A stretch of DNA of 63,985 nt, counting the filler, from Conidiobolus incongruus B7586 (taxonomy: Eukaryota), in NCBI GenBank assembly GCA_000697335.1. It is 17 parts of 17 records of this genome, joined end to end, with 100 filler letters (N's around TTAATTAATTAA, not from the genome) between each part and the next. Parts side by side here need not be neighbours in the genome. Positions count along the whole stretch, not along the records: positions 1 to 16,314 come from JNEM01006823.1; positions 16,415 to 25,386 come from JNEM01006829.1; 15 more parts are not named here. One strand, 5' to 3'. Below the pieces are notes generated by a model. That model was not told where the DNA came from, did no database searches, and saw only the letters and a program-made list of their open reading frames with translations. Below are positions 13,134-25,163 of the stretch, piece after piece; within the stretch, counting starts at the first letter, position 1; every line of letters begins with the position of its first letter. Both the position numbers and the translations under genes were made by a program.

Positions 13134-14292
13134 TTAACTGTCACTCGCGATTGTGTAATCATAATCGATAGTGGGTAATACACTCGAGATGAATTTCAAA
13201 AAGATGATCATATATTGATCCACTCGAACTTCCTTGCCACTTGAAACCGCGTGTTGAATGAGCTTCTGCATGACAGATGCATGTTTGCAAGGATGAATAC
13301 TGGCTAGAGAAATAGGCAGATGCGGGTGTCCTTCAATCGTCACAGTCTTATTAGCATGATCCTGCGAAATATCTTGGAAGATCTCCTCGGAGGTGAGGGG
13401 TTGACGCATTTCGTTATATCCATTCAGCCAAATTCTGGGCGTTTGATAATACTTGTCGTAAGTAATACTCAAATCGTAGGTCCTGGTCTTTAAAATGTTA
13501 TCAAATTGTACCCCTTCGTTCAGATTAGTACTATCTTCTAATTTGGCTTCCTTTAAAGCGTTGGTCAATGCGTCAGCCTAATTCAAAAGGTTAATAAATT
13601 TGTAATTAATGGTTATTTTACATTGTTTACAGGATCTTCTTCCTCTTCAATTTCTTCCTCTCTTCCAATTTCATCATCCATATCGGGTATCTCATCCAAG
13701 TTTTCGGGAATTTCTTCCTCTGCAACTTCCTCAACCTCAGCAGCAACCGACTCGACTGGCTCACTAGTAGTAGGTTGTGGAGTCTTGGAAGGTGGCTCGT
13801 CGTCCTCAATGTCCTGAATTTCTGCCTGCTGCAAACTCTGCTGCTCACCCTCGGCGCCTGCATAAGCTGCAACCCAACCCTCCTCACTATCTAGTTGCAA
13901 ATCGGTATCCTGATCGTGGTCATGGCTGTGGGCCAATTGGTTTACACGCCTCAAACATGGTACATTTCTCGTAATCAAAAATTGCTTGTCAGCTGGTAAA
14001 TAATCGCGACGTTGGTCTTTGTTACCGGACTCCCTAAAATTTGATAAATAAACAATTCAATTAAAAAGAATAAAAATTTAGAATTTCTACCAACTCCAAG
14101 TAGGACATTTATAAACTAAAAAGTCACCAGCTTTAACGAACTATTTCGCATAGTTAGTAAATAATAACCTAAAAAATTTTTAAATTTAGTTACCTCTTCA
14201 GGTGTCAATCTACCAGTCTCTAAAAACTGTGTCTCCTTCAGTAAAGGGTTTAAATACTCCCTCAGTCCATGAAATAGTTGGTGAACACTCAT
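13134..14292 (-). CDS. ATG3: Autophagy E2-like enzyme Atg3; exons 14292-14194, 14140-14091, 14033-13631, 13577-13134
   Basis: Spliced protein [63 protein letters not shown]..catalytic [20 protein letters not shown]. Confidence 0.97.
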
Positions 14293-16613
14293 AATTCAAT
14301 CACTCTATATTATATAAAAATATTTTTTTTAAATTTTATTAAATTTGAATTAAAAGAGAGGAATAATTGAAAGTAATTGGAATTAGTAAGTGTATTAAAC
14401 CCTTAAGGGCAATTGCTAGATGAATATAAATTATTTTGTCAATTTAATTGATTCAAAATGGTTGTTGATATAATAAGTAATTTTCAAAATTATTTTCTTC
14501 TGGTTAAATTAGTAAGAAAAATTGCAAAATTTATAGAAATAGAATTACATACAATAACAGGATAATATAACTAAGTATTTATACTAGTTATATCAATAAG
14601 TAAATTAATTGTAACAAAGATATAATTTTTATGCCAATGATTTGGTATTGATTTTTTCTTTTTACCAAATTTCAATTATACATAATCAAAATATCAATTG
14701 CAAGAATTTTAATCAAATTATGTATTCAACAATAACAATCACGAAACTTATTACTTTTATTTAATTTCTAAATGGATTTAATTGATTCATAATAGTTCCT
14801 AACGACGTATATTATGATAGATAAAAAAATTATTACCTCTATATTAATTATGGACCTTAAATAATTTCAAATATTCAAATATTAAATGATATATTGAAAT
14901 AAATATTATCTAGTACCATTATTATTGAGTATGATATATATATATATATATATGTGTGTGTCCGTGTGTGTAAATGTTAATATATTGCTAAAGCCAAAAT
15001 ATTGTATAATGTTTTTTATAATTAGTGATTATATATTTTCTAGATTAAAACAACAATATTTTATCATATTTTTAAATTTGATAAATGGAAAAAATTAAAT
15101 ATATAGTGTTGTTTGTTAATATCACTCAATTACAAAATAAGATATAAATATCTATTACAAGTATCAAAATTGCAAATCAATAATTTAATCATTTGACAAT
15201 TTCAAAATTCTATTTTTCTATAAATTTTTACAAATCAGATTATAATATTCCTTTATTTTTTAAAATAACTTAGCTAAATATTAAGTATAAGTAAAATACT
15301 AGGATTTTATTCAATTAATAATATTTTCAATGATATCAATTTATTATTAAAGTATTTATATTAGAGTTATTATATTTTTTTGGAATAGAATGATATTTTA
15401 TATAGAATCAACCTTAAATATATTATTTAGGATAGGATTTATTAATTATATTTGATTTTTATAAAAAATTAACTGATTGAAAATGAAATATAAGTAATAA
15501 AATTATATTGGAAAATTGATTCTTAAATTCCATTTAAGATGCCACATTATATAAATATATAAACATTCATTGAAATTAATTTAATTCAAAGTTGATTTAT
15601 ATATATATTGATACTATTATAAAAATTAAATAATAAAAATATAATATAAACTGTTAAATATTAATTATCATGATTCAGTTATTTAATATGTAATTTTTCA
15701 ATTTTGAAAGAAGGATTAAAAATAATATAACTTATTAAATTTTGTTAAATCATTTATCAAAATAACATTGATATATCTCTATATAATCGCAAAATATTTA
15801 AATACCTTGAAATTTTTAAAAATAATTTATATATTTATTATTATTGCAAAATATATCTACTACATATTATTAATTATAATTCTAGGTCAATATAATAGTC
15901 ATAATCATTTACCCAATTAAATAATCAATATTTAAAAAACTTAATCTGATTTTTATAGATATTTTAAAATTGGTATTTTTACATAAAACCTTTTATCTTT
16001 TGAAAATATTCTTATAATTAATTAAATAATAATCATATAAGAAATTCTAAAATAATTATAACTATTTAATATAAATTAAATATGGTTAATATTTTATAAC
16101 AAATTATATATAACCAAATAATATTTCACAAAATCAATTTATTTTTGATTAATAATTATTCTATTTCATTATATTTACATATCTCAAAAAAAAATTTAAA
16201 TAAACTAATATTATATGGAAAATATTTAATTTATTAGTTAGAAATTAAATAATGCTTAATTTTTATAGTTAGAATTAAATAAATTATTAAAATAATATAA
16301 TTTATAAAGTTAAANNNNNNNNNNNNNNNNNNNNNNNNNNNNNNNNNNNNNNNNNNNNTTAATTAATTAANNNNNNNNNNNNNNNNNNNNNNNNNNNNNN
16401 NNNNNNNNNNNNNNAAATAATATTTAAGTATAATTAAATTTAATTTCAAAAATTAATTTAAAAATATTTATATAGAGAAATATTTCTTAAAAACTCAATA
16501 TATTATAGTATAATAAATTTCATATATTATTTATCATATATATTTAATTTGATAAAACTAAAAATATATTTGAAAACTAAATAAATAAAAAATTCAATAT
16601 AATTTTAGATTTA

Positions 16614-17933
16614 TTAGTATGGAAATTAAGAAATGGCAAATTTTTTAATTTCTGATCTTTCAAACATATTATATATTTTGAAAGATTATATATATATAAA
16701 ATATATAGGAAAATAAATATTTTCAAACTATATATATATATTCATTTTTAATTATTTTTTTTATTAAAATATTTTGATTTTAAAATTTACACTTAAATTT
16801 AATCATGCTTAAACTAGATTGTGATTATCAAAAGGCTTTTATTTTTGTATCTTTAAAACTTAACCATAAACCCTCTAAAATCATCTAAAACTTGCAAACA
16901 GCTTATAGAGATGGTGCTTTATCTAAAACTACCATATATTGCTAGATTTGTGATTTTAAAGCTGGAAGAGACACTATTCAAAATTTACCAAAATCTGGAA
17001 GACTAATTTCTACTGTCACTCTTTTACTTACCAATAGAGTAAAAAAATATATTAAGAAATACCCTTTCATTTCTGTTAGAGAACTATCAAAGCAATTTAA
17101 TATTAATTATACAAGCATGTTATATTTACTTAAGTTTAAACTTAGATTAATTAATAAAAATGCAAAATGGATACCTTATAATTTAACAGAAGCCTAAAAG
17201 AAAACTAGAGTAGCTATAGCTAAACTAAACTTATTAAGGTATAACTAAAAACAAAGGTATTTACAGTGAATACTTGCAATTGATGAATCTTGGATTCCTT
17301 TATATAATCCTTTACCTAAAAATAAAACAAGATGTTGGGTTAAGCCAAATTAATCCCCTCCACAAATTCTAATGAATAAGCACTTTGAATATAAGTGAAT
17401 GTTAATTGTTGTAATGGATTATAATGGTATATGGTTTTCTTATTTAATACCTCAAGGAAAATCAATTAATAGTAAGTTATATATTACTTTTTTAAATAAA
17501 ACAATTTCTAAATGGTGTTCTCAATATAAATTAAAGACACTTATTATTTTGCATAATAATTGCAAAATACATAAAGCTAAAGCTGTAAAAGATTTTTTAT
17601 ATAAAAAAAATTGGAGGGAGTTACTACATCCAGTATATTCACCTGATTATAATCTATGTGATTATAATTGTTTTAGACAATTAAAAAAACAGCTTGCAGG
17701 AAAAAAAATTCCTGCAAAAAAATTAAATTGGTTTGTGAAACATCAAATTTCAGTCCTTAATAAAAAGAACTGTTTTTTAGGTATTAGAAGCTTACCAAAG
17801 GTATAGAAAAAAGTTATTAATAATAAAGGAGGCTATTAATTTTATTTTATTCATTAAATTTTATATATTATTTATTAATTTATTTGTTTAATTTTAATTT
17901 TAAAATTGTGCCATTACTTAATTTCTGCACTAA
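16614..17933 (+). mobile_element. Full-length DD34D mariner (copy A1, best preserved), transposase pseudogene 16805-17839
   Basis: About 30-bp imperfect TIRs (TTAGTATGGAAATTAAGAAATGGC / GCCATTACTTAATTTCTGCACTAA) flanked by TA; 345-codon frame without frameshift but 8 premature stops; motifs KWIPYNL, IDESW, LH(N)N, HPVYSPDYNLCD. Confidence 0.93.
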
Positions 17934-18523
17934 TAATATAATTAATTATTATAGGTTTTAAATTTTTTTTTCAATTTTTATATTATTTGTTATTATTAAT
18001 CTCATTTAATATTTTCATATTATTGATAAGCTATATATTTAGTCAAAATTTTAAAAATTTTAAATTAATTATAATAAAAGTATTTTAAATTTAGGTTAAT
18101 TGAAGAGGAAATTGATATAATTATAGATTTTATATTATAAGTAAAAATTATATTCATATATATATATATAATTAAAACTGAATAAAAATTATTTTGATAT
18201 ATTTTCTACTATGAAATCATTATTTTTATCAAATTAAATAAAATATTATATTTTTTTAAACTCAATCACAGATATTTTTTATATATTATAATTTAATAAA
18301 TAATATTCAAAAATATCTTTTATTATTAATTAAGTTTCATCATTATGATTATAATAATATTATAATTATTAGAAGTATATTGTGAACTTTTAAAAGCTAA
18401 GAAATTATATAAGTTTAAATATTAAAATATTATATAATATTGTTTTTGAAATCACTAATATAGTTGTTTTTAGAAAAAAAAACTAAAATATAATATAATA
18501 TAATATTGAAGAATATTATTTTA

Positions 18524-19813
18524 TTACCTTGAATTTGAATTAATAAATTAAAAAATTTCTCATTAATTCAAATATATTATTAGTTTGAAATAAATAAATA
18601 TATACAAAATTAATAAGAAATTATATATTTTTAATTTATATATATATTTGATTAAAAAATTAATTTTTTAAAATTGGTTATTTAATTTAATTATATTTAA
18701 ACCAAATAATAATCATTAAAGATTTTTTATTTTGATATTAATAAAACTTAACCATAAGCCTTTTAAAATTATTTAAAATTTATAAGCAACTTTTAATAAT
18801 GAGGTATTATTTATATTAATAATTTATCACTAAGTAAATTATTTTAAAGTTAAAAAAGAAATTATTTAAAACCTATTAAAATTTAAAAAACTAACTTTAA
18901 TTATTTTTTTAATTATTAATAAAATGAAAAAATATATTGAAAAGTATCTTTTTATTTCAGTTAAAGAATTATTTAAGTATTTTAATATTAGTCTTATAAA
19001 TATTTTATATATATTAAAGTTTAAACTCAAATTAATAATAATAATATAAAATAAATACTTTATAATTTAACTAAAGCTTAAAAAAAGTTAATATAGCTAT
19101 TATTAAATAAAACTTACTAAAATATTACTAAAAGCTTAAATATTTATAATAAATAATTATAATTGATGAATTTTAAATTTTTATATATAATCCTTTATTA
19201 AATCACAAATCAAAATGTTAAATTAAGTTAAATTAACCCCCTTTACAAATCCTTTTAAATAAGTATTTTGTTAATAAGTGAATATTAATTATTGTAATAA
19301 ATTATAATGGTATATACTACTCTTATTTAGTTTTTAAAGGAAAATTAATTACTAGTAAACTTTAAATTATTTTTTTAAATAAAAGTATTTATAATTAGTA
19401 TTTTTAATATAATTTAAAAAAACCTATTATTTTAAATGATAATTTTAAAATACATAAATCTAAAGCTATAAAAAACTTTCTAATTAAAAATAACTAGAAA
19501 AAACTACTACATCTAGTATATTCTTTAAATTATAACTTATATAATTATAATTGCTTTAGGTAATTAAAAAACTAGCTTACAAAAAAAATTTCTATAGGAA
19601 AATTTAATTAGTTTGTAATATATTAAATTTTAGTCTTTAATAAAAAGAATTATTTTTTAAATATTAAATCTTTATTAAAAATATAACAAAAAGTTATTAA
19701 TAATAAAAAAAATTATTAAATTTATATTATATATTTATTTTAATATATCATATGTTAAAATATTTATTTATTTTTAATTATAAAAAATTCCCATTATTAA
19801 AAATACAAAGTAA
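18524..19813 (+). mobile_element. Mariner copy A2, heavily AT-shifted
   Basis: Colinear with other A copies; right TIR AATTCCCATTATTAAAAATACAAAGTAA followed by TA. Confidence 0.85.
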
Positions 19814-21166
19814 TATCAAATATAAAAATCATCAGATTTATTGATAAAAATATTATATATATTATTAATTTATTAAACTAAAGTAATTTTAAAAATTTTT
19901 AAATTACTAGAAATTTATGATTAGATAAAATTAAATCATATACTAACTTGAGTATTGTTGCATTTTATACACTTATTATTATATATCATAGTCATTTTAA
20001 TATACTAGTAATTATTATATTATCAAAGAATTTAACAACTCATTGAATGATTATAATTTAAAAAAAAGTTTTAAATAAAATGGAACAAATAAAATTTTGT
20101 CAATTATTTTCCAAGTGGATATTTGTTTATTGATGAATACAAACCTTAAAAAGCTGAATATATACATATTCAAAAAACATAATAAAAAATTTATAGAAAA
20201 TTTAGTTATAAACTTAATAACAATAGATATACATTAAAATATAACACAATTGTAATGTATAATTTAATTCAGATTAAAATAATTATTACTAATATCTGAT
20301 TTAGCTTTTTTAAATTTTGTTGAATAATTTTTGATATTTATCATCATAGAATATCAATAAATATTATAAAAATTGAATTAAATTCTTTATTGAATAATTT
20401 TGCATACTTTGAAATACTGTATTGTAAAATTATGATGATGATGATTTAATTGTTTCAAATAAATTCAATTGTTGTCAAAGAACTGGATTATAAAATATTA
20501 AAATATTAGTTGAATTTCCTGTATAGCTCTGATAATCAGAATATTTGCGCTTGATAAAATATATATTAATCATAATCAATAATTCTTATAATAGTAACAT
20601 TGTATATCAAATTCAAAAATAATAAAGTCAATTTTTGTTTAAATATCTCATTTTGAACACTTTAACTAACTTGAGTTGCAGAATTGGTGTAATCTTTGCG
20701 GAACAATTTTACTAATGATTAGCATTGATCCAAATCAACTAAACATTCAGTATATTTGATTAAAATCAATATCAGAACATTTGCGATTTACATTCTTTTG
20801 CCTATCCATTGAAATACGGTATATATTATGATGAATGTAATATCTTAATATCATATGAAATCAGCTTTAATATATTAAATTATTTAAACTTACTCTATAA
20901 CTGATCCAAACTAATGTAAATGTAACCAATAGGTGTTACTTGCCATTTAAAAAAATTACACCATTGTCAAGATTTTACAATTATGGTAATATTTAAATAA
21001 TGGTACAACTTTCCAATTAAAAAACTTGTTGCTTATATCCACTTGTAAATTATCCCACAATAAAATAAATTCTCACAATAATAATATAAAATTATATTAA
21101 TAATAATATTCAAAGAGTTATAAATTATAAATTATAAATTATAAAAATAATTATTAATAATTGAGG

Positions 21167-23054
21167 ATGAGTATCGTTGATAAATTAAATCAATTAGATA
21201 TTACTAATAGTACACCAAAATTCAGTTTTGAATTTTTCCCACCCAAAACCCAACAGGTAATTAATTACTTCCTCCTATTGTTTAAGGTAATTAAACCTAT
21301 GTCAAATTAGGGCCTAGATAACTTGTATGACCGTATCGAACGCATGAATTTACTAGGTCCTCAATTTATAGATATAACGTGGGGAGCTGGAGGTACTACT
21401 GCTGAGCTCAGTTTAGAAATGGCTGCGAATATCCAGAGTCAGTTGGGTGTAGATACGTGTTTGCACTTAACTTGTACTAATATGACTATTGAGAAGTTGG
21501 ATCAAACTTTGGAGGTAATTTGCATTATTTATTGATTGATTGTTGATTGGTAATCTTAATTATTTGAATAGGCTGCTAAAGCTGCTGGTATTAGAAATAT
21601 ATTGGCCTTGAGAGGAGGTAAAACTATAATTGATTTAATTATGATTTTATGATTAATTTAATTTTTCAGATCCTCCCAAAGATTTACAAAATCAACCGGT
21701 TACACCGTCGGGATCTCAGTTACAATTTGCGATTGATTTGGTCAGATACATCCAGAAAAACTATCCCGGTGAATTTTGTATCGGTGTTGCAGCGTACCCT
21801 GAAGGTCAGCCCGATTCCTTGGAGCCAGATAGAGAGTTGGAGTTTTTGAAACAGAAGGTCGAGGCTGGTGCCCAATTCATCATCAGTCAATTCTTTTACA
21901 ATGCGGATTTATTCGTTGATTGGTATCGTAAATGTCGAGAATGTGGTATTAGAGTTCCTATCATTCCTGGAATTATGCCTATTCAGAGCTACCAGAATTT
22001 TAGGAGGCTAACTAACTTGTGTAAGAGTAGTGTAAGTGCTCAAATCATCAAGGATTTGAACGAAATTCAACACGATGACCAAAAGGTCAAAGATTACGGT
22101 GTGGATTTAGTTACTGGATTGGTCAAACAGGTATCTGAGAAGTGTCCGGATATCAAATTGTTTCACTTCTTCACATTGAATTTGGAGCGTAGTACTAAAC
22201 GCATTCTCAACGCTTTGGGCTGGGCCAACAATCCCGTGCACGCTTGGAATCCATTGAGTAATCAGTTGGAAGCTTGGGACGACTTCCCCAATGGTCGCTT
22301 CGGTGACAGTAGATCCCCAGCTTTTGGTGAAATTGACGGTTACGGCACTAATTTGAAGTTGACACCCTTCGAAGCGATTCAACACTGGGGTTACCCCGTC
22401 GATACTTCAGATGTTACCCAATTATTTGTGCATTTCCTGCAGGATAAGATCCCAGCTTTACCTTGGACTGATCGCTCCGACATTCGTGCAGAATCCAAAT
22501 TACTCATCAACGAATTAATTCAACTTAACAATTCTGGCCTCTGGACCATTAGTTCCCAACCTCCTTTGAATGCAATTCCTAGCGATCATCCTGACCTCGG
22601 ATGGGGTCCCAAGGGAGGATTCCTGTATCAAAAAGCGTTTGTCGAATTCTTCTGTCCACGTCGCGTCGTCGACAATTTGGAATCCCTCATCGCTCAAGAC
22701 ACTCACAACACCTTGAATCTCACGTTCCTTTGCGTTAACCACTCCAAACAATTCCGTACCAATCTCACTCAATCTAAAACTGGAAATTACGATGTGAACA
22801 CCGTTACATGGGGCGTTTTTCCCAGCAGAGAAATTATCCAGCCGACCCAAATTGATACCGAATCATTTTTAGCATTCTCAGATGAGGCATTCCAACTTTG
22901 GAGAGATTGGTCTCTCCTTTACCCACCCAAATCGCCAACAAATCAATTTCTCAACACCATTCACGACGATATTTGGTTAGTTAATATTGTTGCTAATGAT
23001 TATTTTCAAGGGTTTGGAGAATTGGTAAAGGTATTAATTCGATGTAGTCAATAG
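21167..23054 (+). CDS. MET12: Methylenetetrahydrofolate reductase, Met12-type; exons 21167-21256, 21311-21514, 21572-21617, 21670-23054
   Basis: FSFEFFPPKT, DITWGAGG, HLTCTNM, ILALRGDPP, AAYPEG, WDDFPNGRFGDSRSPAFGEIDGYG; three short GT-AG introns keep frame. Confidence 0.93.
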
Positions 23055-23503
23055 ATGATTTAAAAGTTTATTGTGGGGGATTATATTTAATAAATATTTG
23101 TTTTAAAATTAATTAATTCAAATTATCAAATTAATACAATTTTCAAAAATAATTATTAATTTTGGTTTAAAAAGAATCAATTATTGATTCTTAAATAATG
23201 ATTATATATTTATTCATTGATAAATTAAATAAAGTAAAAAAATATAATAAAATATTTTAAATATTTTAGCAATTGTTATTAAAAATTGTTAAAAATTATT
23301 TAAAATAGTTGATAAATGTAATATTTTTTTAAACTATATTGAATTTAATTTTTAATTAAATATCATGTTCAAACTATTTTGTTTTAATTAACTTTTTTAA
23401 TTGATCAATAATGATTCAATATTTTAATATTTTTTACTAATATTTATAAAAATATAGGCACATTATAAGCAATAATTAATGTTATAATTAAATTTTTTAT
23501 TTA

Positions 23504-25163
23504 TTACCATGGAATTAAAGAAATAGGAAATTTTATAATTTCTGATTTTTCAAACATATTATTAGCTTCAAATAAAAAAATATATACAAAACAAATAAGA
23601 AAATAAATAGTTTTGAATTATATATATATAATATTTTTTTGATTAAAAAATTAATTTTTTAAAATTGGTTATTTAATTTAATTATCCTTAAACCAAATAG
23701 TAACCATCAAAAGTCTTTTATTTTAGTATCAAAAAAACTTAACTACAAACCCTTTAAAATCATTTAAAATTTACAAATAGCTTTTGGTAATAAAGTATTA
23801 TCAAAATCAACAATTTATCACTAGGTAAATTATTTTAAGGCTAGGAGAGAAACTACCTAAAACCTACTAAAAACTAAAAGATTAATTTCAACTATCACTT
23901 TTCTAATTATTAATAAAATGAAAAATTATATTTAAAAGCACCTTTTTATTTCAGCTACAAAATTATCAAGACACTTTAATATTAGTCACATAAGTATTTT
24001 ATATATATTAAAGTTTAAATTAAAATTAATTAATAAAAATATAAAATAGGTATCTTATAATTTAATTAAAGCTTAAAAAAAACTAGAGTTATTATTATTA
24101 AATAAAACTTACTAAGGTATAATTAGAAACTAAAGATTTTACAATAAATTATTACAATTGATGAATTTTAGATTCTTTTGTATAATCCTTTATTAAAATA
24201 TAAATCAAAGTGTTGGATTAAGCTAAATTAACCCTCTTTACAAATTCCTTTAAATAAATATTTTATTGATAAATAAATATTAATTATTATAAAAATTATA
24301 TTAGCATATGCTATTTTTACATAGTTCTTAAAGGAAAATCAATTAATAGTAAACTTTATATTTGTTTTTTAAATAAAACTCTTTCTAATTAGTATTCTTA
24401 ATATAATTTGAGAAGACTTATTATCTTGTATAATAATTATAAAATATATAAATCTAAAATTATAAAAGACTTTTTAATTAAAATAAACTGGAAAAAACTA
24501 CCACATCTAATATATTCCCTAGATTATAACCTATATGATTATAATTGTTTTGGGCAATTAAAAAACCAATTTACAAGAAAGAAAATTTTTAAAAAAAAAT
24601 TTAATTAGTTAGTAAAATATCAAATTTCAGTCTTTAATAAAAAGAACTGTTTTTTAGGTGTTAAATCTTTGCTAAAATTATAGCAAAATGTTATTTAAAA
24701 TAAAAGAAACTATTAATTTTATAATATATATTTATTTTTACTTTTTATATATTTGTCACGTATCTACCCAATTAGTCCATATATATTTACCTTTAATATC
24801 AGTTTACCCATAATTTATCTCTTATTCTACTTTCCCTTAAATTGATCCATTCTTATCCCAATATCAAAAGGGGGAAATACAACAGGGATTTATCTATCTA
24901 TTCATTCATCCAGTTATCTATCTATTCACTCATCCATCTATCCAACTATCTATCTATCTATCTATCTGAAGGAAACTAACTCCAAGTCTTTGTCAAGAAC
25001 TTCCAATAAAACTCCATATAACTACATCCTAATCCTATAACTTATCCACACTCCAACTTAATTCAATACAATTATCCTAGTTTCCAGCACTAGGATAATA
25101 CAATATTAGAATGTATATTTTTTTTAATTGAAAAAAATTCCTATTATTTAAATTATAAAGTAA
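23504..25163 (+). mobile_element. Mariner copy A3, full length, with nested solo LTR
   Basis: Left TIR TTACCATGGAATTAAAGAAATAGGAAA, right TIR ending ATAAAGTAA, TA flanks; ORF 24408 is a transposase remnant. Confidence 0.9.
24754..25102. mobile_element. Solo LTR (349 bp) inserted in mariner A3
   Basis: TGTCACG...ATACA ends; 5-bp TSD ATATT at 24749 and 25103; removal restores the mariner 3' end; internal (CTAT/CATT/CATC)n tract and AATAAA. Confidence 0.85.

Noticed and set aside
16359..16370. Recurrent palindromic TTAATTAATTAA as a biological repeat or CRISPR-like array
   Set aside because: Always centred in 100-nt N runs; an assembly linker with stops in all six frames.
17399..17806. Functional transposase, or alternative genetic code/readthrough explaining stops
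   Set aside because: Stops of all three types vary between copies and accompany missense transitions at catalytic residues; host genes terminate at standard stops.
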